A DNA stretch of 33,437 bases, taken from a virus. Lineage: Duplodnaviria > Caudoviricetes. The position numbers and the translations under genes were made by a program. The notes below the pieces were generated by a model. It was given only the letters and a program-made list of their open reading frames with translations. It had not been told where the DNA came from and did not search any database. Where the stretch lies: the IMG/VR virus record IMGVR_UViG_3300044448_005373, positions 1 through 33,437 of that record. The stretch is one strand, 5' to 3'. Shown in pieces: positions 18,737 through 27,084 of this stretch (position 1 is the first letter of the stretch; each line of letters begins with the position of its first letter).

Positions 18737-18947
18737 TCAAGAGGTCGTTTCCGGATTGGTTGATCTGGAAGGGTTGCGAACCAGCGGAGTGTGGGCCACG
18801 GGCGCGCCAAGCAAGCGCACTATACACAGTTGGACTAAATCGGGACGCATACCGTCCTACAAGATAGGCGGCAGAAGATATTACGATCCGCGCGAGGTGC
18901 TTGGATACATTAGAAAGCATTGGAGGCAACGTGGAGTTTTGGGTTGA
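18729..18947 (+). CDS. excisionase-like winged HTH protein
   Basis: SKRTIHSWTKSGRIPSYKIGGRRYY is a Xis/HTH_17-type pattern. Confidence 0.8.
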   Translation: MSNQEVVSGLVDLEGLRTSGVWATGAPSKRTIHSWTKSGRIPSYKIGGRRYYDPREVLGYIRKHWRQRGVLG

Positions 18948-19350
18948 GTGTATTCCGCCAAAAGCGACAGCGCAGGCATCCTCGATGATCATGCGCCGCA
19001 AGGACGGAACCCCCTTCGTCGGCAAAGCGAAGCGCGGACAGAAGACAAGGGACGAGTTAATGACCTTGCTCATGCCCTATCGTCCGCCAGTGCCGTTGGA
19101 GGGGGCAATTTTCATGGAGGTTGACTGGGTGTATCCTTGGAGGAAGTCGGAGCCGAAGAAGAACAGGGTGGACGGCAAGTTGCCCTGCTTCACACGTCCG
19201 GATGCGGACAATTTGATGAAGTTCTTTGCGGATATATGCGGTCGTTTGGGCATGTATTTGGATGATGCCCAGATCGCCGACCTCCGCTTTAGGAAGTATT
19301 GGGGAGATCGACCCGGCATAGGCGTGAAGATGGGGAGGTTGGAGAAGTGA
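18931..19350 (+). CDS. rusA: RusA Holliday-junction resolvase
   Basis: RPDADNLMK..D..DDAQI motif; GGAGG upstream of GTG at 18931. Confidence 0.88.
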   Translation: MEFWVECIPPKATAQASSMIMRRKDGTPFVGKAKRGQKTRDELMTLLMPYRPPVPLEGAIFMEVDWVYPWRKSEPKKNRVDGKLPCFTRPDADNLMKFFADICGRLGMYLDDAQIADLRFRKYWGDRPGIGVKMGRLEK

Positions 19351-20672
19351 ACCTTTCCTTCGGCAGTCTGTTTTCGGGAGTCGGTGGATTTGACTTGGGG
19401 TTTTTCCGCAATGACTGGGAATGCAAGTGGATGGTGGAGTTCGAAAAGAATGCCGCAGGAGTGTTGGCGCATCACTATCCCGACGTCCCGTTGCATTGCG
19501 ACGTGGAGAAGGTCGATGCCGATCAACTTGAAGTGCCTGACGTTGTTTTGGCGGGGTTCCCTTGTCAGGACGTGAGTCAAGCGGGACTAAGGAAAGGATT
19601 ACATGAAGGAACCAGAAGCAACCTCTTCTTCCACGCAGTCGGAATTGTTCAACGACTCCGAGCTAGAGGAAATCTCCGATACGCGCTATTTGAGAATGTC
19701 CCCGGACTGTTCAGTGTCGATAGCGGGGATGGTTTTGCGCGGTGCATCAGAGAGTTACTCTCCATCGGGTGTAGTTCTGTCGGATGGACTATATTGGACG
19801 CAAAAGACGTGGGATGGTGTACCTCCGATGGAAGAAGGGTGCGATCCGTCCCTCAACGCAGGAGAAGAATCTTTATATGCGCGTCTTTCGGAGATACTGG
19901 AGAAGCAACCGCAAGAGAAATATTCTCTTTCTCCTCGCGCATGTCGAGGGATTCTCAGACGCGCGGCGAAGAGGGGGAAGGAACTCCCGCCAGTTTTACG
20001 GAAGGCGCTGGAGCAGGTGGCGGGGAAAGAGTGATAAACGTTCCCGAAACTGATGTCGTGGGCGCTTTGTCCGATGGCGCGCACATGGGTGGCGAACTTA
20101 ATGGACAGGACGCATATACTGGACGAATTTTAGCGCAAGTCACCCAAGGAGTGGACGTCTACAACGGGCAGATGACTGGAGAGGTGGCGGCATCGGTTAC
20201 CTCTGCCTCTGGCATATCGAACGCGACTGGGCCAAAGGTGATGAGTATGCACGAAACTGGAAAGGGGTTTTGGAAAGAGGCAGACCATAGTGGATGTTTG
20301 AGGGCAGAGGGTGAGAATCGCCCTTCTCGCCCTTCTAATGTAGTCTGCTCATGGAACGGAGACATCACCCCCAAGTCCGCCGAGGACGTGAGCGTCACCC
20401 TCCGTAGTCAACAGGGTGGGGAAGGGACGGGCATAGCAATGCCTATGGTGGTTCGCCGCCTCACCCCAAAGGAGTGTTGCCGACTGATGGCATGGGAAGA
20501 TGACCGACTCGACGTCAGGGAGGTTCTGGAACTGGACGGCAACCTGTGGAAACCCACGGGCAAGCAAGTCGAGCAGGCGGATGGCCCGAAGTACAAGCAA
20601 GCGGGCAACGGTGTGGCGAGCAATTGCAGTGAATGGATAGCGAGGAGGATGCGTCATGTCTTGGAGGGATGA
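19347..20672 (+). CDS. DNA cytosine-C5 methyltransferase
   Basis: FSGVGG (I), GFPCQD (IV), ENV (VI), QRRRRIF (VIII), RRLTPKEC (IX), YKQAGNGV (X); GTGA-coupled start. Confidence 0.93.
   Translation: MNLSFGSLFSGVGGFDLGFFRNDWECKWMVEFEKNAAGVLAHHYPDVPLHCDVEKVDADQLEVPDVVLAGFPCQDVSQAGLRKGLHEGTRSNLFFHAVGIVQRLRARGNLRYALFENVPGLFSVDSGDGFARCIRELLSIGCSSVGWTILDAKDVGWCTSDGRRVRSVPQRRRRIFICASFGDTGEATAREIFSFSSRMSRDSQTRGEEGEGTPASFTEGAGAGGGERVINVPETDVVGALSDGAHMGGELNGQDAYTGRILAQVTQGVDVYNGQMTGEVAASVTSASGISNATGPKVMSMHETGKGFWKEADHSGCLRAEGENRPSRPSNVVCSWNGDITPKSAEDVSVTLRSQQGGEGTGIAMPMVVRRLTPKECCRLMAWEDDRLDVREVLELDGNLWKPTGKQVEQADGPKYKQAGNGVASNCSEWIARRMRHVLEG
19603..20034 (+). CDS. overprinted +1-frame ORF inside the methylase gene (candidate small subunit)
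   Basis: 143-aa open frame ending LSEILEKQPQEKYSLSPRACRGILRRAAKRGKELPPVLRKAL. Confidence 0.6.
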   Translation: MKEPEATSSSTQSELFNDSELEEISDTRYLRMSPDCSVSIAGMVLRGASESYSPSGVVLSDGLYWTQKTWDGVPPMEEGCDPSLNAGEESLYARLSEILEKQPQEKYSLSPRACRGILRRAAKRGKELPPVLRKALEQVAGKE

Positions 20673-20898
20673 CATGGAGAGGCAGTTGAGCGTGGGAGGA
20701 AGCACACCCACCCATGCCGAGATTTTGAAGGAACTCCGATCCGAGTGGAGGTGGCACAAGCACGTCAAGCAGGTCGCCGAACGTGAAATGGAGATACGCA
20801 AGGAACGCTTCAAGGAAGTGGAGCAAGACGCGCTGAAGCAACTCGGAGACAAATTTCTGAACGAGAACCAAATCCTCTGGGACGAACCCGAAAAATAA
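20656..20898 (+). CDS. hypothetical protein
   Basis: Charged helical ORF filling the gap; true start may be the ATG at 20674. Confidence 0.6.
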   Translation: MSWRDDMERQLSVGGSTPTHAEILKELRSEWRWHKHVKQVAEREMEIRKERFKEVEQDALKQLGDKFLNENQILWDEPEK

Positions 20899-20899
20899 A

Positions 20900-21760
20900 A
20901 TGGACAACGAATCAACCCACACCCTTGCGGGCGAACAACCGCAATCATTCCAAACGCAATCCTCCGAAATAAACGAGTTGGCGGGCGCATTGTCGCTTGC
21001 CCAAGGAGAAATGTCACCCGCCAAGAAGGGGGCGAACAATCCGTTCTTCAAGAGCAAGTATGCAGACTTGGCGGAAGTCATCGAAGCATCGAGGTATCCG
21101 TTGACGAGCAACGACCTGTCAATCGTCCAGTATTGCGACGATGGATACGTGGTGACCCAATTGATGCACAGTTCCGGTCAATGGTTGCGTGGACGCTTGC
21201 GGATACAACCCAAGGACAATACACCGCAGGGCATTGGAAGCGCATTGACCTATGCCAGACGCTATTCATGGCAAATGATGGTCGGACTTGGAGCGGAGGA
21301 CGATGACGGTGAAGCGGCAATGGGAAGAGCTGGAAGCGCCTATGACCCCGCCCATGCCAAACCCGCCCCGAAAAAGAAGGCGACCAGGAGAAAAGTTCCG
21401 GCGAAGAAGAAGACTACTCCCGCCACCGAGGTAATCGAGGACGGCAAGGGCAACAGCAAGGTGATGACTCTGGAGCAGGAGGAAAAGGAAGAGTCAATCG
21501 ACAGGCACGAACCCAAGACGAAAACCGTTGCCGAGAAGAAGGAGGAACCCAAGACGGAAACCGTTGCGGATGCTCCCAAGAGTTTGGCGGAGGAAGTGGA
21601 TGCGATAGTCAACGCCGTGGACAAGGGAATGGACTACCTGAAGTTCCATGACGTCGATCCGCAGGCAATTCCGGAGGCAGTGCAGGAACGCATAATGTCC
21701 AAGGGACTGGATGGTTTCGGTGAAATGGTCGCAACTTGGGCGCAGGAGAACGAACAGTGA
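20900..21760 (+). CDS. erf: ERF-family single-strand annealing protein
   Basis: NPFFKSKYADL, QGIGSALTYARRYS and EDDDG motifs. Confidence 0.92.
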   Translation: MDNESTHTLAGEQPQSFQTQSSEINELAGALSLAQGEMSPAKKGANNPFFKSKYADLAEVIEASRYPLTSNDLSIVQYCDDGYVVTQLMHSSGQWLRGRLRIQPKDNTPQGIGSALTYARRYSWQMMVGLGAEDDDGEAAMGRAGSAYDPAHAKPAPKKKATRRKVPAKKKTTPATEVIEDGKGNSKVMTLEQEEKEESIDRHEPKTKTVAEKKEEPKTETVADAPKSLAEEVDAIVNAVDKGMDYLKFHDVDPQAIPEAVQERIMSKGLDGFGEMVATWAQENEQ

Positions 21761-22416
21761 GAAATTTCTGGGTATTCGACATCGAAACGGGGCCACTGCC
21801 CGACAAGGAAATCGAGCGCATTGCCCCGAAGTTCGACCCCGATGCCGTGAAGGTGGGCAACTTGGGCATCGAGAAGGCAATGGAGAAGATCAATGCCGCA
21901 AAGGACGCTCACCTGCGCTCCATCAAGTCAAAGGCGGCGCTGAAGGCGGAATACGGCGAGGTTCTGGCAATTGGATATGCCAACCCAGCCGACACCGTGT
22001 TGCTGATTGGCAAGAAGGAAAAGGAAATGTTGGAAACGTTTTGGGAGGCGGCGGACGAAAGTTATCATGCCAAAGAAATGTTCGTCGGTTTCAACGTGTT
22101 CAATTTCGACCTGCCGTTCCTCATTCGTCGATCCATAATCAACGGAGTGAAGGTGCCGCCCGGACTATTGCCCCGCAACAACCGATACTTCCCCGATTTC
22201 TTCGTCGATCTGATGCAAATGTGGCAAGCGGGCGACTATCGTGAACTGATCAGTCTGGATCGATTCGCCAAGGCGCTTGGTCACGAAGGCAAGAACGGTT
22301 CCGGCAAGTACTTTTCGCAGACCTTGAAGGAGGACGAGGCGGCGGCAATCGAGTATTTGAAAAACGACCTGTCATTAACCCGAAAAACTGCGGAATCCTG
22401 TTTCCGCTCATACTAA
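21757..22416 (+). CDS. DEDD 3'-5' exonuclease (PolB-exo-like)
   Basis: FDIET, GFNVFNFDLPFL and YLKND motifs; GTGA-coupled start. Confidence 0.85.
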   Translation: MRNFWVFDIETGPLPDKEIERIAPKFDPDAVKVGNLGIEKAMEKINAAKDAHLRSIKSKAALKAEYGEVLAIGYANPADTVLLIGKKEKEMLETFWEAADESYHAKEMFVGFNVFNFDLPFLIRRSIINGVKVPPGLLPRNNRYFPDFFVDLMQMWQAGDYRELISLDRFAKALGHEGKNGSGKYFSQTLKEDEAAAIEYLKNDLSLTRKTAESCFRSY

Positions 22417-22421
22417 CTACC

Positions 22422-22889
22422 ATGAGTACCTATAACATACCTGCGCCCACGGGCGCCCAAGACAACCAATCCGCCAAGTTCGAACTGCTGCCTCCCGGCA
22501 CCTATGATCTCGAAATCATATATGCCAGCGACAAGGACGGTGACGGCAACTTGCTCACCACGAAGTCGGGCGACCCCCGCATCAAGCTCAAGGTAATGGC
22601 TGAAAACGAGCAATCGTTCTACCATTTCCTGTATTTGACACCGAAGGCGTTCCCGATGGTCTGGGAATTCCTCGCCGCCTGCGGCATGGAACCGGACGGA
22701 GGAGAATTCTCCCTCGACCCGATAAAACTGGAGGGCAAGCGCTTCAGGGCGTTGGTCTACGAGGAGAACGGGTGGAACAGGTTGCGCAAGCCAGTCGCCA
22801 TACCTTCCGCCGAGCAACCCACTCCAGACCCCGAAACCACGGCGGAGAGCAAGGAGCGAACCGAGGACGAGGACGACGTACCGTTCTGA
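22422..22889 (+). CDS. phage single-stranded DNA-binding protein (DUF669-like)
   Basis: FELLPPGTYDLEI start and acidic EDEDDVPF tail. Confidence 0.8.
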   Translation: MSTYNIPAPTGAQDNQSAKFELLPPGTYDLEIIYASDKDGDGNLLTTKSGDPRIKLKVMAENEQSFYHFLYLTPKAFPMVWEFLAACGMEPDGGEFSLDPIKLEGKRFRALVYEENGWNRLRKPVAIPSAEQPTPDPETTAESKERTEDEDDVPF

Positions 22890-22891
22890 TC

Positions 22892-23365
22892 ATGTCCGAA
22901 CCTGACGAAATAACCCTCGATGCCGAGGAGCAGACCCTTGTCAGGGTATTGGCGGCGCTACGCAACGGCAACAACCTGGTGAACTCGGTGAAGTCCGCCA
23001 AGATGTCGCCCAGAGGGGACTACGAGGTGAACTTGGACGGCATGGGAGGCGAGTATGCGTTCGGCAAGATGAAGAACCTGTTTCCCGACTTCGGCATTGG
23101 CCCCCGATCCGGAGGGCATGACTTCTTCGACCGCAAGGGGAACTCGGTGGACGTGAAGACCACCCCGAACGAGAACGCAGACCTGCTGGTGCGGGCATCC
23201 AAGAAAAGCGACCCATGCGACTGGTACGTTCTGGTGACCGGAAAGTTCCCCGCCTACCGATACCGTGGGTACGTTCACAGAAGGCAATTGTTTTCCGACG
23301 AGCGACTGACCGACCTTGGTCACGGCGCCACCTATCTTTATCCGCAAAAGGAGTTGATGAAGTGA
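22892..23365 (+). CDS. PD-(D/E)XK nuclease-fold protein
   Basis: GEYAF..GGHDF..VDVKT pattern. Confidence 0.6.
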   Translation: MSEPDEITLDAEEQTLVRVLAALRNGNNLVNSVKSAKMSPRGDYEVNLDGMGGEYAFGKMKNLFPDFGIGPRSGGHDFFDRKGNSVDVKTTPNENADLLVRASKKSDPCDWYVLVTGKFPAYRYRGYVHRRQLFSDERLTDLGHGATYLYPQKELMK

Positions 23366-24156
23366 GCAAGCGCTACGTCGAAAGCACCCAGTTCACCGAT
23401 CCTTGGTTCAGGAAATTGTCACCTGAAGCGAAACTGTTCTGGCACTTTCTGACCCTTCATTGCGACCACTCCGGAACATGGGAGAGGGACGATGATTACT
23501 GCAAGTACCTGACGGGTCTGAAAAAGTCCCCGAAAACGCTCTTGAACGAACTCGGTGACCGCATAATCGAGTTGGGCGAGAACAAGGTGCTTTTGCCCAA
23601 ATTCATACTTTTTCAGCAGGGAAAAACCCTCTCCGAAGCAAAACCACCCCATCGAGGCATACTGAAACTACTGTCCAAGCATGGACTCGAAATGGATGCA
23701 GACGGCATAACCAAGCCGATTCTTAACTTAACCTTAAGCAAAGCAAAGGCAAAGGATAACTTAACCTTAACCAAACCTTTGGTTACAAGTAATAGTAATA
23801 GTAATAGTAAAGGTATAGTAAAGGAAGGGAGTGTGAGGGAAACCAATCCGGAACCTCCCGACGAACCGACCCTGCCCCCCGAACTCGACCACATCGGGTT
23901 CCTCGCCGCATGGGACGAATGGACGTCTTACCGCAGGGAACGGAAACTTCCCCCCTACAAGCCCGCCGCCCTCAAGGCGCAACGAACCCGACTGGCCCGC
24001 TGGACGAACGAGTGCGGAATGCCCGCAGTGATCGACGCAATCCGTTCCTCCATAGCGAACAACTACCAAGGACTCTTTCCGCCCAGACCCGAATCCAACT
24101 CACCCAAACTCAACCAAAGACCCATAGACCGTGACTACGCAAACTGCCTCGACTGA
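23362..24156 (+). CDS. replication initiator (lambda O-like organisation)
   Basis: N-terminal DPWFRKLSPEAKLFW, central low-complexity linker with repeats, C-terminal AWDEW..YR..SIANNYQGLF; followed by a DnaC-like gene. Confidence 0.75.
   Translation: MSKRYVESTQFTDPWFRKLSPEAKLFWHFLTLHCDHSGTWERDDDYCKYLTGLKKSPKTLLNELGDRIIELGENKVLLPKFILFQQGKTLSEAKPPHRGILKLLSKHGLEMDADGITKPILNLTLSKAKAKDNLTLTKPLVTSNSNSNSKGIVKEGSVRETNPEPPDEPTLPPELDHIGFLAAWDEWTSYRRERKLPPYKPAALKAQRTRLARWTNECGMPAVIDAIRSSIANNYQGLFPPRPESNSPKLNQRPIDRDYANCLD
23724..23820. repeat. iteron-like repeats / candidate origin inside the initiator gene
   Basis: TAACTTAACCTTAA at 23724 and 23757; palindrome TAACCAAA-CC-TTTGGTTA at 23768-23785; (AGTAAT)x3 from 23788; AT-rich. 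Confidence 0.6.
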
Positions 24157-24940
24157 AACCCTTCCCGCATCCCTGTTCGAACTAGCCGAAAGCGAACTCG
24201 ACTGGGAAAGCGCCCCCCAAGTGACCGTCACTTGCAGGGAATGTGGAAATACGCATTGGCACAACAAATATCTCGCCGCCATATTTCCCAATGGGGTCTG
24301 TGACGCTTGTAGCGGTGCCTACGATGCCCGAACACACTCCAACCTATACCTTGACCCCAATCAAGAGTCAGAAGAGCTTGCAGGTGCTTGTATGCCGCCC
24401 ATCTACCTCGACACCGACCCTTCCCGCATACCCGAATACCTCAGAGAACAAGTCATCGATCCCATCCTCCAACACAAAGGACTCTGGATTGCCGGAGACA
24501 CCAGAACGTTCAAGACCCGCGCCGCTTGCGAACTTATCAAGGCAATCATCCCAAAACGACAAGTCACCTCGTTCTTTCACGGAGACTTCCATGACGCGCT
24601 CCTCGACGTCATGCGGAAATCCGAGAAGTCAGCTCGATACTTCAAACGGAAACTCACCAAAACCCCAGTACTCTTCATAGACGATCTGTTCAGCTCCAAA
24701 TTAACCGAACGATCCGAAGCAACCATATTCGAAATCATCGACGCAAGATGCTCCGCCAAAGCTCCCACCATAATTACCACCCAACTCACCAAGTCAGACC
24801 TCTCCGTCCTCTTCTCCAATCCAAAGCGACTCGAGGCACTGATCGCCAGAATAAAGGAGTTCTTCAACGTCGTTCACACCAAACCCGTCACCATCACACC
24901 GGAAGAAGAAAACAATCAACAACTTCAACTAATACGCTAA
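24131..24940 (+). CDS. DnaC/IstB-like helicase loader ATPase
   Basis: CRECG..CDAC zinc ligands, Walker A-like GDTRTFKT, Walker B LFIDD, FEIIDAR..PTIITT. Confidence 0.8.
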   Translation: MTTQTASTETLPASLFELAESELDWESAPQVTVTCRECGNTHWHNKYLAAIFPNGVCDACSGAYDARTHSNLYLDPNQESEELAGACMPPIYLDTDPSRIPEYLREQVIDPILQHKGLWIAGDTRTFKTRAACELIKAIIPKRQVTSFFHGDFHDALLDVMRKSEKSARYFKRKLTKTPVLFIDDLFSSKLTERSEATIFEIIDARCSAKAPTIITTQLTKSDLSVLFSNPKRLEALIARIKEFFNVVHTKPVTITPEEENNQQLQLIR

Positions 24941-25308
24941 TGCCAGACCCTGCCACCAACCAACTCAAGAAGTCCCTCGCAAACCTAACCAAGGAAAACG
25001 AACTCACCGCAAACATGCCTCCCGACGAGTTCAAGAAAATGGTCGCTTCCAAACTTCAGGTGATCGTCAACGACCTAGCGGACAAAATACATCACGAAAC
25101 AGATAACATGCCTCTGTCCAAACTCCCCATCGCTTTCGGTATACTACAAGACAAACTCCTCACACTACAAGGCGAGGCAACCGTACGTACCCAGAAAACA
25201 ATCACCGTGTCTCACCAAGACTTTAACCAAATACTTCAAGCCCTTCCCGCCAAACCAGAAGTCATCGAGAACCACATACAAGACAAACCACAATCCAATC
25301 CACAATGA
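24940..25308 (+). CDS. hypothetical protein, possibly terminase small subunit-like
   Basis: TAATG-coupled start; LPIAFGILQDKLLTLQGEAT resembles TerS-type oligomerisation helices. Confidence 0.45.
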   Translation: MPDPATNQLKKSLANLTKENELTANMPPDEFKKMVASKLQVIVNDLADKIHHETDNMPLSKLPIAFGILQDKLLTLQGEATVRTQKTITVSHQDFNQILQALPAKPEVIENHIQDKPQSNPQ

Positions 25309-25610
25309 TTCCTACCTTTCCACCGAATGCCATACCGAGTACGCTCCGCAGGAAGTCAGGGGGGTTTATTTGGAACCGCGCCAATAACGTACTCGTTTAT
25401 TGGGGAGGGTATAAATATATAGGTGGGAATTCAGAAATGACGTCAAGGATAAAATTCAATGGCCCCAAATCGGTTGCAGGTATTCCACACCGATCCAAAA
25501 CCTGCGCGCTCAAGTCACTTAATGAGACTGATCCGGAGCCAACTTATTGAGACTGAAGTCATGGAATTCCACAACATTACTTACGATCAGAGACTTACGA
25601 ATATTTCACC

Positions 25611-25638
25611 ACTTCGCAGAATAAGGATTATGTCTAAT
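25611..25638 (+). other. dif-like XerC/XerD recombination site
   Basis: ACTTCGCAGAA-TAAGGA-TTATGTCTAAT has 11-6-11 geometry; right arm matches the E. coli XerD arm TTATGTTAAAT at 9/11; left arm has CGCAgAA versus CGCATAA; lies in an intergenic region. Confidence 0.75.
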
Positions 25639-25782
25639 CGCAGTCGGGGGGCGGGGGTGGAGGGGGTTGCCAGGTCGCTCAACGGAACCGTATTTGGGCA
25701 ACGAAATTTTTTTTACAAAACAGCAAATATTCCCTACTGCCCAAAACCCGAATATTGCCAGTTCGCGCGAGGAAATCGTTAA

Positions 25783-25995
25783 ATGCCGGGTAACAAGCGC
25801 AGGCGGGGTGACGAGGAATTGGATGAGATTTCGTGGAGTGAGGGAGATGGGTTAAGTGGGATGGACAAGCAGAAGATAGATTTGGCGATGGATCGTTTTT
25901 GGTCGAGGCGAGGAGTCCGCAAGTTGAGCAATGGATTTGAGTTTGGGGGAGAAAAGAAGCGTAAGCGCAAGCGGAGGAGGAAGAGGGATGAGTGA
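25783..25995 (+). CDS. small basic hypothetical protein
   Basis: 70 aa; first of an overlapping chain of small ORFs. Confidence 0.5.
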   Translation: MPGNKRRRGDEELDEISWSEGDGLSGMDKQKIDLAMDRFWSRRGVRKLSNGFEFGGEKKRKRKRRRKRDE

Positions 25996-26284
25996 CGAGT
26001 TTGAGATTTGCATGGACTGGAGTCATCGTTGGAGATCGGAGGACGTGTCATCCGAGGGTGATGGGGTGGTGGTGAATTTCGAATCTCTCAATGAGGGGAT
26101 TGAGGACGTTATGTTAAGGGTATTGCGTCGAGTGTCGGAGCTTGCGTCGATGGTGGGTCGCGCGGGCGGTTCTTTGGAGGTTAGTAGTGTTAGCGTAAAG
26201 AGGAGTTACGTAATTTTGCCTGATAGCGTGGACAGGGGTCAGGTTTCGTTGAAGTACGTTATCTTTGAGGAGGAAGAGGGATGA
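25988..26284 (+). CDS. hypothetical protein
   Basis: Purine-rich RBS before ATG at 25988; ATGA-coupled to the next gene. Confidence 0.55.
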   Translation: MSDEFEICMDWSHRWRSEDVSSEGDGVVVNFESLNEGIEDVMLRVLRRVSELASMVGRAGGSLEVSSVSVKRSYVILPDSVDRGQVSLKYVIFEEEEG

Positions 26285-26511
26285 TTGATGAATACCGACC
26301 GTTTTGGCGCATGAGGTCTGACGTGGAGATGGAAGAATCGCCCGTGACGGTGAGTTTCCGAGTTACTTGTGGTTTGAAGCGTCGATTGGAGGAGATGGTT
26401 AAGCGTCATGGCATAACGAAGAGTGAATTTTTCAGGGAATCGGTAAAGCGCTTGATGTTGGAGGAGAGTGAATTGTTGGTAAGTGAGTTAATGGGGTGGG
26501 GAGATGATTGA
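26281..26511 (+). CDS. ribbon-helix-helix (CopG-like) protein
   Basis: VTVSFRV..LKRRLEEMVKRHGITKSEFFRESV. Confidence 0.7.
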   Translation: MIDEYRPFWRMRSDVEMEESPVTVSFRVTCGLKRRLEEMVKRHGITKSEFFRESVKRLMLEESELLVSELMGWGDD

Positions 26512-26710
26512 TCGTTGGGACATGGAGGCGACTTGGGGGGAACCTTTGGAAGTGGACGATCCGCCATCTACGCATGACGAGCGTGACCAATGGGCGAGTG
26601 GAGCGCGTTCGGGTAGAGAGAGGTGTGGTGGATGTGGGATGGAGTGGTCTGTGGGTGACGAGGACGTTTGTCGATGCGGGGATGGGGAAGAGGAAGGTGA
26701 TGGGGAGTGA
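26504..26710 (+). CDS. small acidic Cys-containing protein
   Basis: CGGCG..CRC; overlaps both neighbours. Confidence 0.5.
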   Translation: MIDRWDMEATWGEPLEVDDPPSTHDERDQWASGARSGRERCGGCGMEWSVGDEDVCRCGDGEEEGDGE

Positions 26711-26810
26711 AGGGGAATGGAAGTTACTGGGAGGGATGTGTTTGTTGTTATGGCAATTGGAGAGTTGGACTGGGTTAACGTTTTGGTTGATAGGGAAGTT
26801 ATGGGAGTGA
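26700..26810 (+). CDS. 36-aa hydrophobic peptide
   Basis: MGSEGEWKLLGGMCLLLWQLESWTGLTFWLIGKLWE*; GGAAGG upstream; fills the gap. Confidence 0.4.
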   Translation: MGSEGEWKLLGGMCLLLWQLESWTGLTFWLIGKLWE

Positions 26811-27084
26811 GTGAATTATGAGTGAAGTGAAAACAAAGATTCTAAGTACTACGCCGATGACATGCCCGGCCTGTGGAAGTGAGAGCATGTCATTGGCGCG
26901 ATTTGGGGCAACCGGACTTGGTGCGCCTTCGCCGATATTTACAATTCGATTTATTTGCGAGGATTGCGGAGCATTGCAAATAGAGGAATACATGAAGGGG
27001 AAAGCGGGGTCGGTAAGGCATGTTAGCGTTGGGTATGGTTTGGATTACCGAACTAACAGGAAGTGAATTATGAGTGAAGTGAAA
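26810..27084 (+). repeat. 23-bp perfect direct repeat bracketing one gene
   Basis: AGTGAATTATGAGTGAAGTGAAA at 26810-26832 and 27062-27084. Confidence 0.9.
26818..27066 (+). CDS. zinc-ribbon protein
   Basis: CPACG..CEDCG. Confidence 0.65.
   Translation: MSEVKTKILSTTPMTCPACGSESMSLARFGATGLGAPSPIFTIRFICEDCGALQIEEYMKGKAGSVRHVSVGYGLDYRTNRK

Noticed and set aside
19347-23365. Restriction-modification pair (C5 methylase plus PD-(D/E)XK protein)
   Set aside because: The genes are 2.2 kb apart within the replication operon; orphan methylases and such nucleases are common in phages, and nothing links them.
25646-25666. Canonical three-tier G-quadruplex
   Set aside because: Only three tracts of three or more G plus one GG; kept only as part of the dif/skew locus.
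25305-25855. ORFs 25305-25550, 25459-25782 and 25667-25855
   Set aside because: No recognisable motifs, mutually overlapping, and they span the dif-like site and homopolymer tracts; probably non-coding.
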